Shown: positions 1 through 8,889 of the stretch, piece after piece
Layout of the letters: each line of letters opens with the position of its first letter
Position numbering within the stretch: the stretch's first letter is position 1
NCBI GenBank assembly: GCA_048886185.1
Contig: JBHLKY010000027.1
Span: 1-32,000 of the forward strand
Length of the DNA stretch: 32,000 nt
Direction: 5' to 3'
DNA from: Candidatus Hermodarchaeota archaeon
GTDB lineage: Archaea; Asgardarchaeota; Heimdallarchaeia; Hodarchaeales; Hodarchaeaceae
Program-made: the position numbers and the translations under genes
Notes under the pieces: model-generated
Told to the model about the DNA's origin: nothing
The model's input: only the letters and a program-made list of their open reading frames with translations
The model's database searches: none

Positions 1-660
1 AAGCCATTGATACAGGCAAAACAATGACAGCATCTGAAGTCGCGCGCCTCGAAGCCATTGACACTGGCAAAACAATGGCAGCATCCGAAGTCGCGCGTCT
101 CCAAGCGATTGATCCTGGGAAGCTGGAAGCGGCTTCCGAGGTAGCACGCCTCGAAGCGATCGATCCTGGGAAGCTGGAAGCAGCCTCAGAAGTCGCACGA
201 CTGGAAGATATTGATACAGGCAAAACAATGGCAGCATCTGAAGTCGCGCGCCTCGAAGCCATTGACACTGGCAAAACAATGACAGCATCTGAAGTCGCGC
301 GTCTCCAAGTGATTGATCCTGGGAAGCTGGAAGCAGCTTCTGAGGTATCGAGACTTCAGGATGGTGACACTGGCAAGACAATGGCAGCATCCGAAGTCGC
401 TCGACTCCAAGATGTTGATAGTGAGAAAATAAAGTCAGCTTCCGAAGAAGCTCGCCTCCAAGCTATCAAAACTAGGAAGATGAAAGCAGCCTCCGAAGTC
501 GGCCGACTCCAACATATCGACCGTGGTAAAACGAAATCAGCTTCAGATGATATTCAAGTAAAAACGATTGACTATGGAAAAACTAAAGCAGCCTCTGCGG
601 GAAGTAAATTGCATGAGAAGAATAATGGTAAGACCAAAACAATTTCCGATGCTAGAAAAT
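1..660 (+). repeat. Coding tandem repeat, 51-bp unit, about 13 copies decaying toward the 3' end
   Basis: Units start at about 0, 51, 102, 153, 204, 255, 306, 357, 408 and onward (e.g. gaagccattgacactggcaaaacaatg at 51 and 255). There are no spacers between units. Confidence 0.95.
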
Positions 661-749
661 TCCAAGAAATCGTAAGTGCAAGAATGAAAGCATTTTTCAA
701 CGGAGTTCGTTTTCAGGACTGCAGGAGGTTAAAACAAATTTGGTTTTAA
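3..749 (+). CDS. Tandem 17-aa repeat protein of unknown function, 5'-truncated by the window edge
   Basis: ORF track 24..749. The frame is open back to position 3 (AIDTGKT), so the ATG at 24 is probably internal. Units such as MAASEVARLEAIDTGKT and EAASEVARLEAIDPGKL. Confidence 0.75.
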   Translation, partial: AIDTGKTMTASEVARLEAIDTGKTMAASEVARLQAIDPGKLEAASEVARLEAIDPGKLEAASEVARLEDIDTGKTMAASEVARLEAIDTGKTMTASEVARLQVIDPGKLEAASEVSRLQDGDTGKTMAASEVARLQDVDSEKIKSASEEARLQAIKTRKMKAASEVGRLQHIDRGKTKSASDDIQVKTIDYGKTKAASAGSKLHEKNNGKTKTISDARKFQEIVSARMKAFFNGVRFQDCRRLKQIWF

Positions 750-1105
750 TGGATAAATATCTCTACTAAATTTCACCTTTTCCTTTCTTCTTTTTTTATT
801 GTAAATCTCCCTTCAAACTACACTTATGAAAGAAGCCATTGAATTAGCTACTTCAATAGATTTATTCTCTTTCGTATTGGATTCATTATATGCTTCTAGT
901 GTATAAATGATTAATTCTCCCTCTGATGTCAAAATGGATTACTCTTTCTATCATCTATAACTTGTCGTAATCATGTATCTATTTACTAATAGACATCAAT
1001 CTTCTTCTCTTGATTTTTCATATAATTCCAACCAACGTGAAAAGAGATTGTTATATCTGCCCTTTAAATTCTTCATTAAGAGAAAAAACAGATTCAGGTT
1101 ATAGA

Positions 1106-1136
1106 CTGACATTCCGTTATGTCAGATTTTAAATAA
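1106..1136. promoter_or_regulatory. Inverted repeat (possible operator) beside a TATA-like element upstream of the Yip1-like gene
   Basis: CTGACAT-N6-ATGTCAG at 1106-1125, then TTTTAAATA at about 1127-1135, with the ATG at 1168. Confidence 0.3.
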
Positions 1137-1167
1137 TCTTTTTTTATATTGTACACGGAAAATCTGA

Positions 1168-1944
1168 ATGGATGAGGTTGAAGTGAATTTTCTAAAAGAT
1201 TTTTTAAGCATTCTAACTTTTAATAAACAAGGTTTACATGAAATATCGTTAAATGATCGTTCTACAATACACGCAATAATAGTAATTACAATCTTAGCAA
1301 TTCTTGAAACTGTATTTGGTCTATTTTATACAGTTTTAAACTCAAACAATATACATTCAGAATTAACGATTCATGGAATAATATCAACATTCTCTATTTT
1401 CGAACCCATTTGTAAAGGACTATTTACGTACTTATACGCTGAACAGTTACATGTTGAAACAACTATTAGTTTGATTATTTCTAGCTTCTTAATGTTCTAC
1501 ATAGTTATAATTTTATTTACATACATATTAACATTTTTTATTAATAAACTAGGAGGGGAAATCAAGCCAGTAAACTGTTTCAGGATTATTGGTTTATCTT
1601 TTATATTTGAAATAGGTTTACTGATCTTGATTGATCCAATTCGGTTGAGTACGGATGGAACTTCAAGACCATGGGAGATTTTTATCTTTATTTCATTAAT
1701 ACTCCAATTTATGGTCATTTTTTTAGGAATCATGGCAGTATCAGAATTAACTTGGTGGAAAATAAGTATTAGTATAACAATAACCTATTTTATCTCAATT
1801 ATTCTAGGATTCATAATGGCAGGTGTAGTAATCAGGGGTATCATCAATGACTTGTACATTTATAAACCGGGATTGGGTATTATTGGTTTTAACTATTGGT
1901 TGATAAAGAATTTCTGGTTTCATCGAACTACCTTTTTTTATTAA
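1168..1944 (+). CDS. YIP1-family multi-pass membrane protein
   Basis: Several hydrophobic segments. The N-terminal 'FL..ILTFNK.GL.EI' and central 'F.INKLGGEIK....FRIIGLSF' patterns resemble prokaryotic Yip1-domain proteins. Confidence 0.6.
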   Translation: MDEVEVNFLKDFLSILTFNKQGLHEISLNDRSTIHAIIVITILAILETVFGLFYTVLNSNNIHSELTIHGIISTFSIFEPICKGLFTYLYAEQLHVETTISLIISSFLMFYIVIILFTYILTFFINKLGGEIKPVNCFRIIGLSFIFEIGLLILIDPIRLSTDGTSRPWEIFIFISLILQFMVIFLGIMAVSELTWWKISISITITYFISIILGFIMAGVVIRGIINDLYIYKPGLGIIGFNYWLIKNFWFHRTTFFY

Positions 1945-2198
1945 GATCAATGGGTAAATTAAAATTTTAGTGTGTTATTATTGAAAGGAAAGGAATTTAA
2001 TCCTTTTTTTAATGTCTTTAATCAAAATAGAAAAGGATTTACTTATCATTAAAACTATTAAGGAATCTGATATCAAGCTAGCGGCCATAAAATAATTATT
2101 CTAATTTAATGTCTGTTATCCTTACAATCCTTTTTGGCATTCAACTAGACGGAAACAAACAAGTTCTACAAATATGGAATCCGTTTTAGGGATAACTT

Positions 2199-3782
2199 AT
2201 GGATCGTAATGAGAAGAAATTTATCTCAGAAATGAATGAATATTCATATCAGAGGCTTCAAAAAACCGAAAAGGTAGGATATGGAAGAAATGGCTATGTA
2301 GAAAAAAACAATCATATAATAGAATTATCTATTTCTAATTTAAAACTAGAATATGTCCCAGAAAGCATAGAAAATTTAAAGGATTTAAATATTCTTTATA
2401 TGGGAGGAAATTCTCTTATTAAAATACCAGATTCAATCTTGACACTAAGGAATTTAGAAGTTCTAGAAGCTTGGCAAAACAGAATTGAATCAATCCCCAA
2501 AGATATTGGGATTCTAGATAAAGTCTGGCGATTACATCTTGCAGGGAATAAAATTACTAGCCTTCCTGAAAGTATCGGTAATCTGCCAATGAAGAAACTG
2601 TATCTTAAACATAATAATGTTAGTTATGTTCCTAAAAGTATTGGAAACTGGACACGTCTCGATGTTTTTGGTTTACCTCTTAACAACCTTCGATCACTAC
2701 CAGATACAATAAATGGCTGGAAAAATGTGCGAGTAATCTCGGTCTGGCAGAATAAGTTGAAAGAGTTACCAAATGTTCGCCTTAACGTTAAAGAATTACG
2801 CCTAAATAATAATTTTTTTACGGAAGTCCCTCCTCGGGTGTACGAGATTCAACAATTAAAGAAGCTGTGGTTGAATAGTAATCAATTAACAGAATTTCCT
2901 GAAATTCCTAAGGGAAATCTTCAAAATCTATGGTTTCTAAATTTACAGAACAACCTCCTCTCTTCATTACCAAAATCAATTCAAGGGTTACCTAATCTTC
3001 GGGACTTGAGACTCTCAGGTAATCTATTTAAGTCGTATCCAAACTGGTTAGATTCTCTGAAAGGTTGTAAAATAGATAAATCGGTTCATAAACAGCAGCA
3101 ACAACAGCCCGATTATATTGGAGTCAAGAAATATGTGAAATATCTCGAAGATAATCATTTACCAATGGAACACCTAGTAGAGATTAAACACTTTCAGAGA
3201 TACCTCGAAAATGAGAAAGGTTTCTCCAGAATTGTGAAAGCGAAAGCAAATGATATTAGAGATTATATTACAGATACAAAAATTACCGCCTTTGCCTTGA
3301 GATCCTTGTATCTATATTTCTCTTGGCTTCAGGATTACCCACTACGTCGAATTATCAAAGAAGAATTAGAAAATTACGCTCATTTAATGAGTATCAATCT
3401 TCAAGATGTCAAAAGGCTTATAGAGGAATCGCTTGCTGTTACTTCATTATTGGCATTGGATAGACCAGAAGAAAAATCGCCCCCCATTGTTATCCGACCA
3501 AAATCACTTGAACAGAAAACGGAAGGAGACGAATGGGAATCTTTCATGACAAAACTAGATCAGATTTCCTTAAACACTTTAAAAATCTTATTAAAATCTT
3601 CAAAACCTAAAATTGCTCTTGAAAAATATGCTAACAGTCAAAACAGACTTCCAGAAACCCTTCTTGAGTCCATTAACGAGATATCTTTAGAATCCATTGG
3701 TGACATAATTCTTGATCAAGAGACCTGTCAGATAACAGAAACTAATTATAAAGAAAAATTAAGTAAAATCTTATTTACGTGA
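2199..3782 (+). CDS. Leucine-rich-repeat protein with a central helical (integrase core-binding-like) domain and a C-terminal TerB_C-like domain
   Basis: About 11 LxxLxLxxNxL/I-xxLP repeats (~2340-3050) and a QQQQQP linker. The C-terminus DEWESF..KL...LPETLLESINEISLESIGDIILD (3528-3779) aligns with the C-terminus of the next ORF. Confidence 0.85.
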   Translation: MDRNEKKFISEMNEYSYQRLQKTEKVGYGRNGYVEKNNHIIELSISNLKLEYVPESIENLKDLNILYMGGNSLIKIPDSILTLRNLEVLEAWQNRIESIPKDIGILDKVWRLHLAGNKITSLPESIGNLPMKKLYLKHNNVSYVPKSIGNWTRLDVFGLPLNNLRSLPDTINGWKNVRVISVWQNKLKELPNVRLNVKELRLNNNFFTEVPPRVYEIQQLKKLWLNSNQLTEFPEIPKGNLQNLWFLNLQNNLLSSLPKSIQGLPNLRDLRLSGNLFKSYPNWLDSLKGCKIDKSVHKQQQQQPDYIGVKKYVKYLEDNHLPMEHLVEIKHFQRYLENEKGFSRIVKAKANDIRDYITDTKITAFALRSLYLYFSWLQDYPLRRIIKEELENYAHLMSINLQDVKRLIEESLAVTSLLALDRPEEKSPPIVIRPKSLEQKTEGDEWESFMTKLDQISLNTLKILLKSSKPKIALEKYANSQNRLPETLLESINEISLESIGDIILDQETCQITETNYKEKLSKILFT

Positions 3783-4078
3783 GGGAAATTCGAATAATCT
3801 TTAAGTATAATTATCTCATCTTATGAGTATGTTATAAACTAATATAAATGACTTCTCATCCAAAATTTAATCATGAATGCCAATTAACAACTGTTTTCAA
3901 ATTCTAGATACTGTTTGAAGTCATTCTGATATTGACTAAGGTGTGTAATAAAATTATAAACACTCAATTGTACTATCATCTTATTGGATAAATCATCTCT
4001 CTCTGAACCTGAACAACTTAAATAAACGAGTTGAGAGGATATGAATAGTCTGATGAGTTTTACAGAAGGCATCGTTCG

Positions 4079-7000
4079 ATGTCAACAATAATAAGAATCG
4101 TTGCAATGGATAGCAGGTATAATAACCAAATACTAGAAGAATTTTCCCTAGCTATACCAAAAAGGTTTGCAAATATTTCCCCTGTAGGGATGAAAACGGT
4201 AATTATTGCTTGTCAAGGAAGTTACACCCCCAAAATCGGAGATTATATTACTTTTAAGCTTTCTTCTGAAAGCTCTTTACTCTATAGTGAATCTCCAGCT
4301 GATTTGTATGCTCAGATTAATAGAACCCTATCATCAGAGAGGTTATTATCAACTGATATTACACAAGAAGAACTAAAATCAATCCTCCAAGGATCTCCAA
4401 AAGAAATTGATTATTGGGTAGTAGCATCAGTTCTGGGTTTCACTATTCCAGGACGAAAAAAGATTTTGATACCGGAAGGCTCTCTCTTAGGAAATCTAGG
4501 GAAGATCCCTAATCCTGAATCCATTATAATTTTCCTAAACCAATATATGGAATCTCTATTTTACACATTCCCCCTTAAACTAATAAATTATCTGGTTTAT
4601 AACTCGATTCAAGGGAGTAAGTTTTGTCAAAGTGGGAATATCCAGATATTAGAAAAAATTTTACCAAATATCCTGAAAAACGTCAATCAGCACTTTTTAA
4701 AGGTTGAAAATAAAGGACTTCTTGAAATATTTTCACCACAAATGAATTTCAGCATTACAGATTATACTGCGAATATTGATGATATTAAACAGGAATATAT
4801 TGATTGGCTTGCTTCAAATGAGCCACTTGTGGATTTAGTATCAGATATACTGAAATATACTGAAAAAAAATTAAGTTTAATCTTGAAGTATCATGGGAAA
4901 GTAGAAATTAATCCAAGACCACTTTCAGGTCATATCAAGAATATAGTACAAACAGAACTACAGAGATATGAAGGGGAATTACAACCAAAAAGGGAGGTGA
5001 TGCGAAAAAAACCAGCTTTTGCAGAATTTGAAATAAGTTTCACCACTAAAAAATACATCAAAACATCAATCAAAGACCAAGAAGTAATACCTAAGATTAG
5101 GGATAGAAAACAAATTTTCACTAAAGCAAATATAAGTCATGAAAATATCACTGAGCTTGAGTCCAGAATGAAGCTCGCTGCTCAATCTCTGGATTTTAAG
5201 AAAGCATCAATAATTCGGGGGAAAATTGAGGAGTTAAAGAGAAATCGGAACAATAGAAAAGCCAATAAGTATTTTTCGGAGTTTAAAACAGCCCCAGCTG
5301 AGAAACTTCCTAAAATCCCTAAGTTTGTATCATTTGATCAATATTGGCCTACCTTGGACACACTGAATGAGGATCAAAGAAAATGGTATGATTATTGGGT
5401 TTCAGAAATCGAGAATGGACATTATTATCCCACCGATTTGTCATATATTTTCCTATATATCTATCAAGCACTTGATTATGAAGATAAGGAAAAAGGTTAT
5501 CGTATATTACGAGATTTATGGATCCATTATCGAAGAGAACATCCTAGACTTGATCGTTACTTAATTGATTGGTTAACAGACTATATCCTCCTTCACAATT
5601 GTCATTATGATCAAAGGACTATAAATAGGGAATTATTCAAATTTCACTCACAATACACACTTGAATGTCTAGATTCAATACTAACATTGTTTCCTCCCCG
5701 CTCGTTTAGAGAAATGCCAATAGAATGGATCAATATTCTCGCAAATAATAGCATAATAAGTAGTTCATTTTATTCATCGAAATCATCCGTCATAAATGAA
5801 ATAATTCCTGAAGTGCTGGATGCAATCGATAGATATTATCATGAGAATGAAAGCATTAGCTTATTAGAGAAATTTAAACCCGATAAAGTTGGACGATTCG
5901 TTTTTAATCGTGCCCTCAAAAATGAAAGTTATCTTACAAAGACTATTGAAGTTTTCCCTTACACGAAATCTCTACCTCTTCTAATTTTCATTTCTGAGGT
6001 TGTAAACACAACAGAAAATAAATTACGTAAGTATTTTCGATTTCCAGCCCTTCCGCATATCAGCATACTTGAAAGAGAAATTGAAAATGTCATTGAAATG
6101 ACATTTACGAAATTTATCAGTGAGTTAAGCCTATCAGAACAAGAAATAGATTTACCATTCATTGATGCAGCGCAAAAATATGTCAATAGGGTAGAAGATG
6201 AAGCTAAACCTGTTCCTCTATACCAATTTCAACCAAATTACCAAGATATGACAAAAGCTCAATTACAGTGGTACTTTTATTGGCGTAACCAGGTTAGGAG
6301 GGGAAATTTTCTCTCAGCTCAGATTGGGTATGTTATGTTGTATATCTATGAAATTATTAATGACATAGGAATCGAAAATCATCAGGAGGGATATAAACGA
6401 TTATTGGCTATCTGGGAATATTACCGTATTGAGAATCCCGAATTGGATGAATATTTACCTGAATGGATTGTGGAATATGCAATTCTAAAAGAGATATCAA
6501 TTGATGGTATAGAAGAACTCTATCGTAATATCTTGAAACGATTAGATGGAAGAGAACAGAGAGACCTTCGATATGAATTAACTGAACTTCTAATTTCTCA
6601 GTATCATCATGAAGCTTTTAACAAAATCCCAATCAAAATGATTTATGAGCTCGTGAGATATTTAAGTTTTCCTCCCTATACCCGATTAAATGACTCTGTT
6701 CGAACCACAATGGATCAACACGTTAGTATTATTTTAAATGAAGTGAACACATACTATTTACAAAAATATAGCAAATCATTACTAGAATTCCATCATCCCT
6801 CTAAAAAAAGGAGAATCCCCTTTGTCCTTGCTCGCTATTTCGGTGAGGTCGATATATTAGAGGTAAAAAGTTATTCACGGCAGTTCTTAAATTTTCTAGA
6901 TAATACAATAAAATATATTCACAATCGTTTTCGTGATATCGAGTTAGATACAACTAAAACCCGATTAAAGGCTGAAATTCCTGATCCTGAAGTTGAAGCA

Positions 7001-7528
7001 ATAATTGATTATTATTTCATCGACAACTTAAATGCCACAAACATCACCCCTAAATATTCTAAACTAGCTTTACAGGTACAAAGTGGTAATCTAGGTGTAG
7101 ATCAAACTAAAATAAAAATATTAACCAAAGAATCTGATGAAATTCAAACACTGCTAACAAATTCGGATATATATAAATTTGAATTGGAAGAATCAATAGG
7201 AGATTTAGAAGAGGATCGAGGAGAAATTGAAGTAAACATTAATCAAGAATCTGCTCAAGAAGAAACAATCGAATTAGATGAGTGGGAGTTATTCAAATCA
7301 AAACTGAATGATATTCAACTGAAGTTTTTAAAGTCACTATTATTCAGTGAAAATCCTAAAGAACAATTAGATCAGATTGCTGAACAAACAGGGACCTTAC
7401 CAGAAACAATCATAGAGTCTATTAATGAAATTGCGATCGAGGTCATTGACGATATAATTATTGATAGTGAATTGCTTAACGTTATTGACGAATATCTAGA
7501 TAAAATCAAGTCAATTCTTAAGATATGA
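4079..7528 (+). CDS. Large TerB_N/TerB_C-domain protein (unknown N-terminus, UVR motif, two TerB_N, acidic linker, TerB_C)
   Basis: TerB_N-type motifs FDQYWPTLDTLNEDQRKWYDYW...SYIFLYIYQ (from 5333) and YQFQPNYQDMTKAQLQWYFYWR...GYVMLYIYEIIN (from 6218). TerB_C-type motif DEWELF...LPETIIESINEIAIEVIDDIIID (from 7277). UvrB/C-type motif LESRMKLAAQSLDFKKASIIRGKIEEL (5147-5239). Confidence 0.85.
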   Translation: MSTIIRIVAMDSRYNNQILEEFSLAIPKRFANISPVGMKTVIIACQGSYTPKIGDYITFKLSSESSLLYSESPADLYAQINRTLSSERLLSTDITQEELKSILQGSPKEIDYWVVASVLGFTIPGRKKILIPEGSLLGNLGKIPNPESIIIFLNQYMESLFYTFPLKLINYLVYNSIQGSKFCQSGNIQILEKILPNILKNVNQHFLKVENKGLLEIFSPQMNFSITDYTANIDDIKQEYIDWLASNEPLVDLVSDILKYTEKKLSLILKYHGKVEINPRPLSGHIKNIVQTELQRYEGELQPKREVMRKKPAFAEFEISFTTKKYIKTSIKDQEVIPKIRDRKQIFTKANISHENITELESRMKLAAQSLDFKKASIIRGKIEELKRNRNNRKANKYFSEFKTAPAEKLPKIPKFVSFDQYWPTLDTLNEDQRKWYDYWVSEIENGHYYPTDLSYIFLYIYQALDYEDKEKGYRILRDLWIHYRREHPRLDRYLIDWLTDYILLHNCHYDQRTINRELFKFHSQYTLECLDSILTLFPPRSFREMPIEWINILANNSIISSSFYSSKSSVINEIIPEVLDAIDRYYHENESISLLEKFKPDKVGRFVFNRALKNESYLTKTIEVFPYTKSLPLLIFISEVVNTTENKLRKYFRFPALPHISILEREIENVIEMTFTKFISELSLSEQEIDLPFIDAAQKYVNRVEDEAKPVPLYQFQPNYQDMTKAQLQWYFYWRNQVRRGNFLSAQIGYVMLYIYEIINDIGIENHQEGYKRLLAIWEYYRIENPELDEYLPEWIVEYAILKEISIDGIEELYRNILKRLDGREQRDLRYELTELLISQYHHEAFNKIPIKMIYELVRYLSFPPYTRLNDSVRTTMDQHVSIILNEVNTYYLQKYSKSLLEFHHPSKKRRIPFVLARYFGEVDILEVKSYSRQFLNFLDNTIKYIHNRFRDIELDTTKTRLKAEIPDPEVEAIIDYYFIDNLNATNITPKYSKLALQVQSGNLGVDQTKIKILTKESDEIQTLLTNSDIYKFELEESIGDLEEDRGEIEVNINQESAQEETIELDEWELFKSKLNDIQLKFLKSLLFSENPKEQLDQIAEQTGTLPETIIESINEIAIEVIDDIIIDSELLNVIDEYLDKIKSILKI

Positions 7529-8889
7529 TTGTAGATGAGATACTAGGACGAAACAGAAGAATGTCAAAGAGAAGAATCCCTCAACGTGTTTCAGCAATAA
7601 TACTAAAATCTTTGAATGCTGGAGTGGTACCTCGTATAGGTTTAGAACACATAGCTGTAGGCCGAAAAGAGGAAATAGAATCATTATTAGAAGATCTGGA
7701 AAACATTGAAGTTGGTAGTGCAGCTTTTAGGTTTTTTATTGGACGATACGGATCTGGCAAAAGTTTCCTGATTCAACTTCTAAGAAATTATGCCATGGAT
7801 CGTGATTTCGTGGTGGCTGATGTAGATTTATCCCCCGCAAGACGATTCATTGGGAGTGGAAGTAAAGGAGTCGCAACATATCGTGAACTCATCACAAATA
7901 TGTCCACAAAAACACGACCTAGTGGGGGAGCATTAACAGCAATTTTAGAAAAATGGATCTCCAAAATTCAATCCATGGTGATTACTGAAAAAGGAATCAA
8001 ACCTGGTGATCCTGTTTTTGTTGATCTGGTGGAAACAGAGATAATCAATGCGGTTAACAACATAAAAGATCTTGTTCATGGTTTTGACTTTGCTATCGTT
8101 ATCTCAACGTACTGGCGGGGCCATAAACTAGGTGAGGAAGAGACAAAAGAAAATGCCCTTAGATGGTTACGAGGGGAATATACAACAAAAACAGAGGCAC
8201 GAAATGCCTTAGGTGTCAATATCATTGTTGATGATGACTCTTGGTATGATTATATCAAATTACTAGCACGATTTGTCACAGAAATTGGATATAAAGGACT
8301 TTTAGTCTTTTTTGATGAAGCAGTCAATTTGTATAAAATCACTCATACTCAATCGAGGACTAATAATTATGAAAAATTGTTGACAATGTATAATGATACC
8401 ATGCAAGGAAAGGCAGAGTATCTCGGAATTTTCGTAGGTGGTACTCCTCAATTTCTCGAAGATAGACGAAGAGGCCTCTATAGTTATGAGGCACTTCATT
8501 CCCGACTTGTTGGAAGTCGATTTACTAAAAATGGATTGCGTGACATATCAGGTCCTATTATCAAACTTGAACGGTTGACTCTGGAAGAGATTTTTGTTTT
8601 ATTAACTCGTGTTATGAATATTCATGCTCTTCACTACAAGTACAACCCTTTTTTGTCAAATGATGAACTTCAAGAATTTATTAAAGTAATAGTTAGTCGT
8701 ATTGGAGCTGATAAACTCCTTACTCCTCGAGAATTTGTTCGAGAGTTCATTATCCTATTGAATATCTTACGGAAAAATCCTGAACAATCTTTCTTAGGAA
8801 TAATTCAAGGAGAAGACTTCAAACCACAAGCCCCGAGTCAAATAGATGAATCAGTAAAAGGAACGGAGTTTGAGGAATTTAAATTATGA
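7525..8889 (+). CDS. DUF2791 / BrxD-type P-loop (AAA+) ATPase
   Basis: N-terminal SLNAGVVPRIGLEHIAVGRKEE, Walker A GRYGSGKS, Walker B LLVFFDEA, and 'LRWLRGE' and 'TPREF' motifs typical of the family. ATGA overlap with the upstream gene; an alternative ATG lies at 7561. Confidence 0.9.
   Translation: MIVDEILGRNRRMSKRRIPQRVSAIILKSLNAGVVPRIGLEHIAVGRKEEIESLLEDLENIEVGSAAFRFFIGRYGSGKSFLIQLLRNYAMDRDFVVADVDLSPARRFIGSGSKGVATYRELITNMSTKTRPSGGALTAILEKWISKIQSMVITEKGIKPGDPVFVDLVETEIINAVNNIKDLVHGFDFAIVISTYWRGHKLGEEETKENALRWLRGEYTTKTEARNALGVNIIVDDDSWYDYIKLLARFVTEIGYKGLLVFFDEAVNLYKITHTQSRTNNYEKLLTMYNDTMQGKAEYLGIFVGGTPQFLEDRRRGLYSYEALHSRLVGSRFTKNGLRDISGPIIKLERLTLEEIFVLLTRVMNIHALHYKYNPFLSNDELQEFIKVIVSRIGADKLLTPREFVREFIILLNILRKNPEQSFLGIIQGEDFKPQAPSQIDESVKGTEFEEFKL

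Noticed and set aside
1-660. 51-bp repeats as a CRISPR array
   Set aside because: Units are contiguous with no unique spacers, keep an open reading frame with mostly synonymous variation, and no cas genes are present.
813-932. Short minus-strand frame (LTSEGELIIYTLEAYNESNTKENKSIEVANSMASFISVV) as a gene remnant
   Set aside because: Only about 40 codons, bounded by stops, with no recognisable family. It cannot be distinguished from chance in AT-rich DNA.
3093-3107. Poly-glutamine tract (QQQQQ) as a phase-variable microsatellite
   Set aside because: Only five mixed CAG/CAA codons; it is best read as a domain linker.
3120-3377. Integrase-like segment as evidence of a mobile element
   Set aside because: There is no catalytic recombinase domain or att-like repeats, and it is embedded in an LRR protein.
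3884-4072. 62-aa minus-strand ORF between the LRR and TerB genes as a small antitoxin or regulator
   Set aside because: No recognisable motif or RBS, and it is antisense across the probable promoter of the operon.
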